DNA of 64,000 nucleotides from Treponemataceae bacterium (GTDB taxonomy: Bacteria; Spirochaetota; Spirochaetia; Treponematales; Rectinemataceae): assembly GCA_963678065.2 (NCBI GenBank), contig CAXXVZ010000002.1, forward strand, positions 608,001 to 672,000, in the 5' to 3' direction. Shown piece after piece: positions 9,961-20,176 of the stretch. The position numbers and the translations under genes are program-made. How positions within the stretch are numbered: position 1 is the stretch's first letter; every line of letters begins with the position of its first letter. The notes under the pieces are model-generated. The model did no database searches. It was not told the origin of the DNA and worked only from the letters and a program-made list of their open reading frames with translations.

Positions 9961-10340
9961 CTAAATCCTTTTACTATCGCCTCCAAGGGATCCGATGGCA
10001 CGCCCCCCGCGCCGGACAGCTCGGCGAGGGTGAAAGGCAGAGGGAGCAGAAAAGCGGCCCTGCCTGCGAGCGATTCGGTGATTACCGCGGGACGTCCAAA
10101 CTGCCGCGGGCCCGTCACGACGAAGCGCCCGGCCTGGGATCCGCGTCCACGGCAATCTTCAGATACGCGAATCTCTCCAGGACATACTGAGCCTCGTCCA
10201 AGATGAGGCCATCGCGATAGCTGCCGAGAAGTTCCCCGGGGGTCCTCCCGCGCGAGCCGGGCGATATCCGGGTTCTCGAGCGAGAGGAAGGATTTCCCGG
10301 GAAAACCCTTCCATAGACAGGAGGTGGAGGATCCCATATC
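9961..10340 (-). pseudogene. AAA+ ATPase (AAA_14/DUF4143-type) pseudogene
   Basis: Fragments in different frames: LSLENPDIARLAREDPRG / LILDEAQY / RFVVTG...ESLAGRA; truncated at the IS1595 end. Confidence 0.7.
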
Positions 10341-10426
10341 ATCGTTCACATGCGCGGGCGCATGATGGCAGCCCGTAAAAACCTCGTCCATACTGCTTCA
10401 GGTATGCATTTGTTGAGGGAAGACCC

Positions 10427-12466
10427 ATGGAATGTTCCAGGAAGATAGCGATTGTCACAAACACCCGAGGTTCTTCCTTGAGCCTGTTCTTGAGGAAGAA
10501 CCTGGAGTCGGTTCTGTCGGGTTATGCCGTGATAGAGAATCATTATATCGAGGAGCTGAAGGACGCAAGACATCTCGAGGCGGACGCGATCCTGGTCATG
10601 AATAAAAGCAAGGCCAGGCAAGTCCTGCCTTGGGTGGCCGACCCCTCCCGCCTCATAGTGATCCAGCGAACCATCCAGGAGAGTGAAGTCTATCCAATCT
10701 GTTCCATACCGATGGGAACCAGGGTTCTGGTCGTAAACGACAACGCCGAGACAACCCAGGAGCTGGCCGCGCTGTTGTACAAGCTCGATACAAACTCCTT
10801 GAATCTCGTCATCTACGAGGAGGGTCTTGAGTACCCGGATATCCACATAGCGATTACCCCAGGGGAAAGCTGGAGGGTTCCGACGAGTATAAGCACGGTG
10901 ATCGACATCGGGCATCGGTACATAGATATCTCGACATTCGTGAAGATCGTCGGCATGCTGAAGCTCTACGAGGGCGAGATAAGCCAAAGGATCCTGAAGT
11001 ATTCGGAAAACTTGGTCGATCTGGATTCCGGGATAAAGGCCCAGTACCGCGAGCTCTTCCTGAAGAACGTCGAGCTCGATACCGTCGTGAACCTGTCGCA
11101 CGAAGGCATCCTGCTTCTCGATAACGGCGGTAACATAAACCTCTGCAACAGGAGCCTCTGCGGGATGCTGGAGATAGGCATGGAGGTACGCGGCATGCCC
11201 GCCAGGGATGTCATGCCACAGGGAATGATTCCAATGATGGCGCAGGAACGCATCGAGGATGAAGTTTTCGAGTACAAAGACCGCTCGTTCATGATAAACA
11301 AGCGAAATATCGAGCATTTCGGCGAAATAGCGGGATCCTATTGCAATATACAAGAAGTGACGTATATCCGGCAGCTGGAGCAGAACCTGTCGCGGAAGCT
11401 GCAGCAGAAAGGTCTGTTGGCCCGATACAGCTTCGACGACATCAAGACACTCTCTCCCGAAATGCGCAAGTGCATCGACCTGGCGCGCGAAATAGCGCGG
11501 TCGGACCTGACTGTGCTCATCACCGGAGAGAGCGGCACGGGGAAGGAGCTCCTCGCCCAGTCCATCCATAATACATCCGGCAGGGCGAAGCATCCGTTCG
11601 TGGCGTTCAATTGCGCTGCGGTCTCCGAAAGCCTTATGGAAAGCGAACTCTTCGGCTATGAAGGCGGTTCGTTTACGGGCGCCCTTAAGGATGGCAAGGC
11701 TGGACTGTTCGAGCAGGCGCATCATGGAACCGTACTGCTCGACGAAATCGGTGACATGCCATTGCCCCTTCAAGTGAAAATTCTCCGGGTTCTCCAGGAA
11801 CGACAGATCATGCGTGTCGGATCCCAACGTGTCACCAATATTGATCTTCGAATCATAGCGGCCACGAACCACGACCTGCGACAACGGATCAAGACGGGGA
11901 CCTTCAGGGAAGACTTGTATTACAGACTCAATGTGCTGCCCCTCTGCGTTCCGCCATTGCGTGAGCGCACCGGCGATGTCCTGTACTTGCTCGATCACTT
12001 CCTGAAGCAGAACGCCAAACGCGAGTACGAATTATTGTCGGATGCCAAGGCCGTTCTTCTCAGATGTCGGTGGCCCGGGAATATCCGGGAATTGGCCAAT
12101 GTCGCGTCCTACATTTCGTTCATGGCCCAGAGACAGATCTCGATCGCTCATCTGCCGCACTATCTGATCGACGACAGGGACAGCTTCGAGGCTGAGCGCG
12201 AAAACCTGTCATGTCATTGCGACTTCAACATCGCACTCAAGGTGCTGGATGTCCTGGCCGGGCTTGCCGCCCGGGAATCGGGCGCCGGCAGGAACACGCT
12301 TCGCGAGAATTTGCTGCGGTCCGGTGTATGCCTTGCCGAAGGGGAGACCAGAAGGCTGTTGACCGTGCTCGGCAGCGGCGGGCTGATACGGTCGAGCGTT
12401 GGGCGAAGGGGCAGCGAGATCACGCCGAAGGGCGAAGCGTTCCGGCGTTGGGCTCGAGACACGTAA
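10427..12466 (+). CDS. Sigma54-dependent enhancer-binding protein (PAS, AAA+, C-terminal wHTH)
   Basis: GESGTGKE, ESELFGYEGGSFTGA (GAFTGA variant), LDEIGDM, FREDLYYRL, WPGNIREL. Confidence 0.92.
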   Translation: MECSRKIAIVTNTRGSSLSLFLRKNLESVLSGYAVIENHYIEELKDARHLEADAILVMNKSKARQVLPWVADPSRLIVIQRTIQESEVYPICSIPMGTRVLVVNDNAETTQELAALLYKLDTNSLNLVIYEEGLEYPDIHIAITPGESWRVPTSISTVIDIGHRYIDISTFVKIVGMLKLYEGEISQRILKYSENLVDLDSGIKAQYRELFLKNVELDTVVNLSHEGILLLDNGGNINLCNRSLCGMLEIGMEVRGMPARDVMPQGMIPMMAQERIEDEVFEYKDRSFMINKRNIEHFGEIAGSYCNIQEVTYIRQLEQNLSRKLQQKGLLARYSFDDIKTLSPEMRKCIDLAREIARSDLTVLITGESGTGKELLAQSIHNTSGRAKHPFVAFNCAAVSESLMESELFGYEGGSFTGALKDGKAGLFEQAHHGTVLLDEIGDMPLPLQVKILRVLQERQIMRVGSQRVTNIDLRIIAATNHDLRQRIKTGTFREDLYYRLNVLPLCVPPLRERTGDVLYLLDHFLKQNAKREYELLSDAKAVLLRCRWPGNIRELANVASYISFMAQRQISIAHLPHYLIDDRDSFEAERENLSCHCDFNIALKVLDVLAGLAARESGAGRNTLRENLLRSGVCLAEGETRRLLTVLGSGGLIRSSVGRRGSEITPKGEAFRRWARDT

Positions 12467-12479
12467 TCCTGGCGGCGCT

Positions 12480-13679
12480 TCAGTCAGGCTGGATCTCTTT
12501 TCGCTCGAAGACTTCATGTACCTCGTGGATAAGAGTTGGGTCCGAGAACAGGTCGACAACCGTCATGCCCATCGCCTTGGCGCCCGCCGCGATCGCCCTC
12601 CCGGCTGATTTCCCGACGCATGCTTCCGCGAATCCCACGGTATGCGGTTCTATGCCCGGTTCTACCTTGATGTAACAGTGCAGTCCGGGCAGACTCCGCG
12701 TGACATTCCCCATATCGGTCGATCCAAGTCCGGCTCCCTTGGGCATCGGTATGACTTCTTCTCCCGCGAGGGATAGATTGGCGGCCATCAAGCCCTTGAG
12801 CACGGGGTTGTTCATGATTGAATCGTACCCCTTGCCGACGCGCTCTATGTCGACCGATACCCCCATCCCCAGGGCAGCGGCTGTGGCGCATTGGCGTACC
12901 CGGTCGATCAGTTCCTCGAGGTAATCCCTGCCGGTCGCCCTGATACCGAAATGCGCTTCCGCGTATTCGGGGATAATATTCACGACAGTGCCGCCATTCA
13001 CGATTATTCCATTGATCCTGGACGGTTCCCGCAGCTGGCACCTCCATGCGTTGATCAGGTTGAACGTCTGGATGACAGCCTCCAGCGCGTTCGCTCCGCT
13101 CCATGGCGAGACGGTTGCGTGGGCCGGCTTGCCGGAATACCGGACGATCAGCCGTATGCTGGCCAGTGAAGAATCGTCGACCCTGGTATGGGTAGAGGGG
13201 TGAATCATCATTGCGCAATCGACTCCAGTGAAGCACCCTTTGGACACGAGTATGCCCTTGCCTCCACCGCGTTCCTCGGCCGGGGTTCCCACGAGAACGA
13301 CCGTGCCGTTCATCTCGCTCTCCCGCAGAACCCGCTTCGCCGCAAGTGCCGCGCCGACGCTCATGGCAGCGATCATGTTGTGCCCGCATGCATGGCCGAT
13401 CTCCGGCAGCGCATCGTATTCCGCGAGTATCGCGACGACAGGGCCGCCCTTTCCATTGGCACTCGCCGCCCTGAATGCGGTATCAAGTCCGCCTGTGCCG
13501 CGCTCGATGGCAAAACCGTCCCGCTCGAGAATCGAGAGTATCCGTTCGCAAGCCTTGAACTCTTTGAATGCGGTTTCCGGATTATCGTGAAGATATCCGC
13601 TCAGGTCGCATAATGCCGGCAAACATTCGTCGACGACGCTCATAATCCTCGCCTTGAGCATGGCACTATCCCCATTCAT
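12480..13679 (-). CDS. M20 family amidohydrolase
   Basis: AEYDALP, HACGHN, GTPAEE, GSTDMGNV. Confidence 0.9.
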   Translation of the reverse strand: MNGDSAMLKARIMSVVDECLPALCDLSGYLHDNPETAFKEFKACERILSILERDGFAIERGTGGLDTAFRAASANGKGGPVVAILAEYDALPEIGHACGHNMIAAMSVGAALAAKRVLRESEMNGTVVLVGTPAEERGGGKGILVSKGCFTGVDCAMMIHPSTHTRVDDSSLASIRLIVRYSGKPAHATVSPWSGANALEAVIQTFNLINAWRCQLREPSRINGIIVNGGTVVNIIPEYAEAHFGIRATGRDYLEELIDRVRQCATAAALGMGVSVDIERVGKGYDSIMNNPVLKGLMAANLSLAGEEVIPMPKGAGLGSTDMGNVTRSLPGLHCYIKVEPGIEPHTVGFAEACVGKSAGRAIAAGAKAMGMTVVDLFSDPTLIHEVHEVFERKEIQPD

Positions 13680-14482
13680 GATAGTTTCTCCATGACAGGG
13701 GCCACGGTCTGGCGGAAATGCGGGTCGTTCCCTGCGATTATTTCCATGAAGCCCTTGAAGATCTCGAGCATCACAGGGTGCTTCTCGAACATCATTTCAG
13801 GATGCCATTGTACAGCCACTATAGGAGTCCCTCCATGACGTTCGATCCCCTCCACTATGCCATCCTGGGCTTTCGCGCTGATGATAAAGCCTTCTGCCAG
13901 GTCCTTTACCGCCAGGTGATGAAAACTGTTAGTCACGATCAGGGCTTCTCCAAAGACGTCACCGAGGAAGGTCCCCCGATCCAGTGAGACTTCATGCCCG
14001 GGGGAATGCCTTCTGCTCTTCTGGGTATGTTGCACATAGCTGAGCGGCACGAGCGAGACATCTTGATGGAGCGTGCCGCCGAAAGCGATATTCAGTATCT
14101 GAAGCCCGCGGCAAATCCCCAGCATGGGTTTTCCAGCCCTGTCCGCCAAGTGTATCGCGGCCAATTGGTGCTCATCCACTTCGGGAAAGATGAAGCCTGC
14201 CATCCTCCTCGGATTCTCACCGTACAGAAGAGGGTTCGGGTCGTAGCCTCCGGACAGAACCAGAGCGTCGACCGATTCGATTTGGCGACGGATTGCTTTC
14301 GTGTTTTTGACAACAGGAAGAAGAACGGGAATTCCGCCAGCAGCGTCGATGGCGGCTACATAGTCATGATTGACGTAAGATCGTTCCATACCGGGGAATG
14401 TTCCAGAGTCCATCACCAGTATGTTTGACAGGATGCCGATTATCGGTGCGTCGCGGAGAGTGGAGTCGTCTTGTTCAGGCAT
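13676..14482 (-). CDS. Gamma-glutamyl-gamma-aminobutyrate hydrolase family (peptidase C26, PuuD-like)
   Basis: LSGGYD, GICRG nucleophile, NSFHH, VQWHPE. Confidence 0.9.
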   Translation of the reverse strand: MPEQDDSTLRDAPIIGILSNILVMDSGTFPGMERSYVNHDYVAAIDAAGGIPVLLPVVKNTKAIRRQIESVDALVLSGGYDPNPLLYGENPRRMAGFIFPEVDEHQLAAIHLADRAGKPMLGICRGLQILNIAFGGTLHQDVSLVPLSYVQHTQKSRRHSPGHEVSLDRGTFLGDVFGEALIVTNSFHHLAVKDLAEGFIISAKAQDGIVEGIERHGGTPIVAVQWHPEMMFEKHPVMLEIFKGFMEIIAGNDPHFRQTVAPVMEKLS

Positions 14483-14514
14483 TTGCTTTTCTCCTCTTCG
14501 ATGAACTCCTGATA

Positions 14515-14530
14515 TGCAAAGGTCATGCCA
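14515..14530 (-). promoter_or_regulatory. Sigma54 -24/-12 promoter for the C26/M20 operon
   Basis: Minus strand TGGCAT-GACCT-TTGCA, exact consensus spacing. Confidence 0.8.
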
Positions 14531-14954
14531 TCTGCAAAAATGACGAAGATAATTTTTTTAAAGGCTTTGTGTATCGAATAATCGAGTTTTTTGGGGGTAT
14601 AAACGTATTTCTTCATGCCTGCCCGGATAGCCCGTTTGGGAAAAAACGGCATTTGTGCAGGTAAATAGGCAGATGATACTCATATACAAAAAGAGTTAAT
14701 TTTAAAATATTGAATGTAAACTTCATAAATGCAATTACCAATAGAAATAGCTATAATATGAAAACAGATGGAGTGATGGTTTCATTGAATTAATGGGTTT
14801 TTAATAGGCGGAATTTTGTTCCTATTTACTTTTCGCAGTCCCGGGCAGATTTTTTTTTGCATCCAAATAGCAAAAAACGTACCGAATCGAGTGAATTCAT
14901 GAGTAAACCTTCCTGTTTCCCCTCCGCGATGCTTTTTCAGTGCGTTATTGATGA

Positions 14955-14970
14955 TGGCATGATTCTTGCT
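14955..14970 (+). promoter_or_regulatory. Sigma54 -24/-12 promoter for the opp operon
   Basis: TGGCAT-GATTC-TTGCT, exact consensus spacing. Confidence 0.8.
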
Positions 14971-15232
14971 CGAATCATTATAGTCATGGTCTTTCCCGTC
15001 CTCCCTGAAAGAGGGCGCACAGGCTGTTCCAAGGTCATCTTGCGGGTTCGGCAATGAAGGCTGCCAGGCCACGCGATTCACAAGGAGGTTTCTGCGTGAA
15101 AAGAGGTTTTATGGTTCTTCCCGGTATCGCGCGCATTCCCGGCGCGGATACTATCGCCTTCGGCGAGTCAAGCAAGCCTCTCTCGGAGATAGCCACAGGT
15201 ATGAACGATTTCCATATTCCGGAGGAAAACCT

Positions 15233-16948
15233 ATGAAAAGAAGACTGCTCATGATGATGCTCGCAAGCATATTGGCGCTCTCGACAGTATCGGCCAATGG
15301 CCCCAAGATCATAAATCTTTCCCTCACAGCGCCGGCATCGACACTGAATGCCTATGTGACGGAGTTGAGCGAAATTGAAATCATCGATTACGTGCAGGCC
15401 TGTTTGTACCAGTGGGTGCCCAGTGCCGACAGGAAGTCCCATTTCCTGAATTCGGAGCTGGCTTCAGGGAAACCGACTGTGAACGCAGATGGAACCACTT
15501 GGCAGATAAAGATCAATCCCAAGGCCAAATGGGCCAATGGCGACCCGATTACCGCGGACTCTTTCATATATTCCTGGAAAATGGCTTTGGATCCCAAAAT
15601 GCTCAATACGCCAGGTGGCCCGACCTGTGGAAAGAACTATATAACCGTTAAAAACGCCCTTGAGTATTATACCCAGGTCTCGACCGGCAAGGCTGTGGCG
15701 TGGGCAGACGTCGGCCTGAAAAAAGTCGATAGCACAACGCTCTCCATCACGACAGAAGGGAAGTTCACGCAGAGGGAAGTCATGCAGCACTTCGCCTGGC
15801 GGACAACAGGTCCGGTGTATGAAAAGCTTTTCGAGGCTGGAATGGATGCCTCGAGGCGTACCACGCAATATGGAACCAGTATAGATAAATACATGCCTTC
15901 AGGGCCATTCAAAATCAAAAGCTGGACTGCGGGGGCCGATATCGTTCTTGAGAGGAACCCCCAATATTTGCATGACGAGATCATCAATCTGGACGGCATG
16001 AAATGGCGAGTCGTAGCTGACGCCGGCACGAGGCTTCAACTGTTCGAAAAAGGCGAGCTGGATTACGTTCCCCTGTCTGTCAGCACCATCGCCAAGTACG
16101 AAGACGATCCCCGGCTCGTTATGTATGATACCCCAAACATCCGGTGCATCGAAATAAACAGAACGAATCCCGACAAGCCCATACTGCACAACAAGAAATT
16201 CCTGACGGCTCTGTATTACGCGATGGACAGGCAGGCGATGGCCAGACTTGTCTATGCCATCCCCGCGCCACTCATAATCTCCACCAGGTCCATCGCCCTG
16301 GACGACGGTACGAAGTACCGGGCGTTGGCGATCGCGAAAGCCAACGTTCCGGAGAATTATGGGTATAATCCCAAACTGGCCAAGGAGTATTTCGACAAGG
16401 CCATGGCGGAAGAAAAACTGACCAAGCTTACTCTGCAGCTTAATTACTTCGAAACGATCGATGCCACAAAAGTGCTGTCCGAGTACTTGCAGAAACGCCT
16501 CGTCCAGGTTTTCGGTCCGGATAAGTTCGAGCTCAAGCTTCAGGGATTAACCACAGCTCTGGATATCATGAAAGCCTCGTTATCCAAGCAGCCCGCCTCC
16601 TACGAGCTTTCCTGGATGGGCTGGGCGCTCACCGCCGAATCCTTCTCGCCAGCCGCGAAATTCCAGGTTTATACGAGCAACTCCTCGCGCAGGGTCGCCA
16701 ATTACGGCAACAAGGAAATCGACGCGCTGTACGAAGAGGCCATCAGCGATGCGGTCAGAAGCGATGATGAGAAAGTCGTGAAGCTTGCCGCGAAGATGGA
16801 AAAGATATTCCTCGATGAAGTGCTGAGTGTGCCTGTCATCCAGGTTCAGAACTATGTGTTGATCTCCGACAGGATCAAAACTGCATGCATCGAGAATCAG
16901 CCCGGCTTCGCTACCTGGGGCTGGGAATTCGCGGATATAGTAAAATGA
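15233..16948 (+). CDS. oppA: Oligopeptide ABC transporter substrate-binding protein (family 5)
   Basis: Signal peptide; KWANGDPITADSFIYSW, GPFKIKSW, ERNPQY. Confidence 0.88.
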   Translation: MKRRLLMMMLASILALSTVSANGPKIINLSLTAPASTLNAYVTELSEIEIIDYVQACLYQWVPSADRKSHFLNSELASGKPTVNADGTTWQIKINPKAKWANGDPITADSFIYSWKMALDPKMLNTPGGPTCGKNYITVKNALEYYTQVSTGKAVAWADVGLKKVDSTTLSITTEGKFTQREVMQHFAWRTTGPVYEKLFEAGMDASRRTTQYGTSIDKYMPSGPFKIKSWTAGADIVLERNPQYLHDEIINLDGMKWRVVADAGTRLQLFEKGELDYVPLSVSTIAKYEDDPRLVMYDTPNIRCIEINRTNPDKPILHNKKFLTALYYAMDRQAMARLVYAIPAPLIISTRSIALDDGTKYRALAIAKANVPENYGYNPKLAKEYFDKAMAEEKLTKLTLQLNYFETIDATKVLSEYLQKRLVQVFGPDKFELKLQGLTTALDIMKASLSKQPASYELSWMGWALTAESFSPAAKFQVYTSNSSRRVANYGNKEIDALYEEAISDAVRSDDEKVVKLAAKMEKIFLDEVLSVPVIQVQNYVLISDRIKTACIENQPGFATWGWEFADIVK

Positions 16949-17033
16949 CGGACTCCTGAACACTGTGGCAGTACAACGGCGATGGCGATATCCCGTTGTA
17001 TCGTATCCCACTCTCAGGCAGGAGAAAAGAATC

Positions 17034-17984
17034 ATGACCAGGTACCTCATAGAGCGCATTTTCGCTATGCTCCTCACATTGTTCATCATCTTGACCATCA
17101 GCTTCGCCGTCGTGAGGCTGATGCCCGGCAGCGTTTACGATAATCCGGAATTGCCGGACAATGTCATCGAAGCCCTGGAAAAGAGCGCTCACCTGGATCA
17201 GCCCATGATCATTCAATACGGATACTACCTGAAAGGCATCGTATTGGAAAACGACTGGGGCACCTCCGTCAAGATCGAGCCGGCAGTCCCCGCATTCGAG
17301 GTTTTGAGGAAACGGATACCCGCGTCTCTCGGCGTTAACCTGATCGCCCTGTTCATCTCGATTCCCCTCGGCATCATAGCGGGCACCGCGGCAGCCTTGA
17401 AGAAAAACAGGATGACCGATACCGTCATTTCCTTCCTGGTAGTCATCTGCATTTCCGTTCCTTCGTTTGTCTTCGCGGCGATGCTGCAGTATTTCTTCGC
17501 GTTCAAGCTCGGCTGGTTTCCACTCCTGTACGAGGCTACGGGCAGCCTGGGACTGAGGCTGTATTCCATCGTCGTGCCGGTCATCGCGCTGGCTCTCGGG
17601 CCGATCGCCACTATCACCAGGTATCTTCGGGGCGAACTGATCGAAACCCTCGGCTCTGAGTTCATGCTGCTGGCCCAGACCAAGGGATTGACCCGCGTGC
17701 ATGCGACGGTGAGGCATGCGTTTCGGAATTCCTGCGTTCCCCTCGTCAACATCATACTTCCGATGTTTACCAACATCCTGGGCGGTTCGCTCGTCGTGGA
17801 AAAGATATTCTCCATCCCCGGAGTGGGCAGCATCATGATAAATTCCATCAACAGCAACGATTACTCTCTGACTGTCGCCGTTCTGATATTCTATTCGCTC
17901 GTCTCGCTGGTAACGATGCTGATCGTCGACATCACATACGGAATCGTCGATCCCCGCATCAGGCTGGGAGGGAAGTCACGATGA
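17034..17984 (+). CDS. oppB: Oligopeptide ABC permease
   Basis: LMPGS, DWGTS, EAA-loop variant LAQTKGL...HAFRN, VDPRIR. Confidence 0.9.
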   Translation: MTRYLIERIFAMLLTLFIILTISFAVVRLMPGSVYDNPELPDNVIEALEKSAHLDQPMIIQYGYYLKGIVLENDWGTSVKIEPAVPAFEVLRKRIPASLGVNLIALFISIPLGIIAGTAAALKKNRMTDTVISFLVVICISVPSFVFAAMLQYFFAFKLGWFPLLYEATGSLGLRLYSIVVPVIALALGPIATITRYLRGELIETLGSEFMLLAQTKGLTRVHATVRHAFRNSCVPLVNIILPMFTNILGGSLVVEKIFSIPGVGSIMINSINSNDYSLTVAVLIFYSLVSLVTMLIVDITYGIVDPRIRLGGKSR

Positions 17985-19108
17985 ACTCGATGGAAAACCA
18001 GCCAAAGGAAATGTTCGAATTCGTCCACAAGGACGATATGATCCATGATGCCAATTTCGAAACACAGCCTGTCGGCTATTTCAAGGATGCCATGATCAGG
18101 CTCAAGCGGAACAAGGCATCGGTACTGTCTTTTTCCGTCATTTGCCTGATCGCTTTCTTTTCCGTCTTCGGACCTGCGATGACACCGTATGGTTTCAATG
18201 ACCAGGATGGCGGCCTGGCGAACATGCCGCCCAGAATCCCTGGACTGGAGAAACTGGGGATCGCGGATGGAACCCGCCTGCTCACCAACAAAAGAGTGAC
18301 CAGCCTGGCGAACGCCTCGAAATATCCGGAAGGCTCCATTATCGCCATGAAGAACAAGAGGCTCATCAACGATGTCGAAATCGTCGATGTGCTCGTGGAC
18401 TATTACAAGTATTCCGGCGCGGGTGACCGCTATTTCTGGATGGGGACTGACTATCTGGGACGGGATCTGTGGGCGAGGTTGTGGAGGGGCTCGCGCGTGT
18501 CCTTGCTCATCGCGCTTGTCGCCGTAGCCGTCAATACGGTGATGGGAATCGTCTATGGCGCGATTTCCGGCTTCTACGGCGGCAGGGTGGATAACCTGAT
18601 GATGAGAATCACCGAGATCGTAAGCGCCTTCCCGGAAATAGTGGTCGTCACCCTTTTCATCATCGCTTTCGGTACAGGAATGACTTCGATAATCCTGGCC
18701 CTGGTAATCCGGGGATGGGTTCCAGTAGCCAGAATGGTGCGCTCGCAGTTCCTCAGGTTCAAGAACAGAGAGTATGTCCTGGCAGCCAGGACGCTAGGCG
18801 TCAAGGACAGTGCGCTCATCTTCAAGCATATTCTCCCCAACTCGATGGGACCGATCATCACCAGGATGATGATAGCCGTGCCATCGGCTATCTTCGCCGA
18901 GTCGTTTCTGGCATATGTCGGACTGGGTCTCAAGGCGCCAGAGCCTTCCATCGGCATCTTGCTTTCGAACGGGCAGAAGGTGCTGCTGCTCTACCCCTAT
19001 CAGACCCTGTTCCCCGCCATCCTCATATCGGCATTGATGATTTGCTTTAACCTGTTCTCCAATGGCCTGAGAGACGCGCTCAACCCGACCATGCGCGGTC
19101 AAGAATGA
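17981..19108 (+). CDS. oppC: Oligopeptide ABC permease
   Basis: GTDYLGRD, EYVLAARTLG...KHILPN, GLRDALNP. Confidence 0.9.
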   Translation: MNSMENQPKEMFEFVHKDDMIHDANFETQPVGYFKDAMIRLKRNKASVLSFSVICLIAFFSVFGPAMTPYGFNDQDGGLANMPPRIPGLEKLGIADGTRLLTNKRVTSLANASKYPEGSIIAMKNKRLINDVEIVDVLVDYYKYSGAGDRYFWMGTDYLGRDLWARLWRGSRVSLLIALVAVAVNTVMGIVYGAISGFYGGRVDNLMMRITEIVSAFPEIVVVTLFIIAFGTGMTSIILALVIRGWVPVARMVRSQFLRFKNREYVLAARTLGVKDSALIFKHILPNSMGPIITRMMIAVPSAIFAESFLAYVGLGLKAPEPSIGILLSNGQKVLLLYPYQTLFPAILISALMICFNLFSNGLRDALNPTMRGQE

Positions 19109-19120
19109 TGAGGGGCAGCC

Positions 19121-20176
19121 ATGTTTGATCCGAAGGAAGAGATCCTGAGCGTCAGGGACTTGCAGGTGCGTTTCAGGAGCTATGCGGGTAATGTACACGC
19201 GGTCAGAGGCGTTTCGTTCGGCTTGAAGAGAGGCGAGACCATCGCCATCGTCGGCGAATCCGGCTCGGGGAAATCGGTCAGCGTAAAAGCGATAATGGGA
19301 ATTCTCTCAAGGAACGCGATGATAGACGATGGGGAGATATTGTATGACGGCAAGAACCTGGCAAAAGCCACGGAAGATGATTTTCACCAGATCAGAGGGA
19401 AGAGAATCGGGCTGATCTTCCAGGACCCACTGTCTGCGCTCAACCCGATCATGAAAATCGGAAAACAGATCACCGAGGTTCTGACTCTGGAAAAAAAGAT
19501 GTCCAGGAAGGACGCGAAGGCGAAGGCCATAGAGCTCATGGGCGCGGTCGGAATCATCCAGCCTGAACTGCGCTTCAACCAGTATCCTTTCCAGTTTTCA
19601 GGAGGGATGAGGCAACGAATCGTCATCGCGATCGCTTTGGCCAACGATCCGGAGATTTTGATCTGTGATGAGCCTACGACCGCCTTGGACGTGACCGTCC
19701 AGGCAAGAATCCTTGAACTCATCAACAAACTCAAGGAACAGAGGAACCTATCCGTCGTATTCATCACCCATGATCTCGGCGTAGTGGCAAATATGGCGGA
19801 CCGGGTCTATGTGATGTACGCGGGCAAGATCGTGGAGCACGGAACCTGCGAGGATATTTTCTTCAGCCCCGTCCACCCCTACACCTGGGCCTTGCTGTCA
19901 TCCATGCCTGATCTGGAAACCAGGGAGAAGCTCCTCGCGATCCCGGGAACCCCGCCCAATATGGTCTTTCCGCCCAAAGGCGACGCATTCGCCGAGAGGA
20001 ATCAGTACGCCATGCGGATCGACTTCGAAGTGGAGCCGCCGTTATTCAAGGTAAGCGAGACCCATTCCGCCGCTACCTGGCTTCTGCATCCCGACGCTCC
20101 AAAAGTAGAGCTGCCGGAGATCCTTAGGAACAGAATCAAGCGCATGAGGGCGGAGGCGGCAGGTTGCCATGGGTAA
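19121..20176 (+). CDS. oppD: Oligopeptide ABC ATPase
   Basis: GESGSGKS, FSGGMRQR, DEPTTALDV, HPYT. Confidence 0.92.
   Translation: MFDPKEEILSVRDLQVRFRSYAGNVHAVRGVSFGLKRGETIAIVGESGSGKSVSVKAIMGILSRNAMIDDGEILYDGKNLAKATEDDFHQIRGKRIGLIFQDPLSALNPIMKIGKQITEVLTLEKKMSRKDAKAKAIELMGAVGIIQPELRFNQYPFQFSGGMRQRIVIAIALANDPEILICDEPTTALDVTVQARILELINKLKEQRNLSVVFITHDLGVVANMADRVYVMYAGKIVEHGTCEDIFFSPVHPYTWALLSSMPDLETREKLLAIPGTPPNMVFPPKGDAFAERNQYAMRIDFEVEPPLFKVSETHSAATWLLHPDAPKVELPEILRNRIKRMRAEAAGCHG

Noticed and set aside
10346..11998. 550-aa minus-strand ORF
   Set aside because: Antisense shadow of the sigma54 activator
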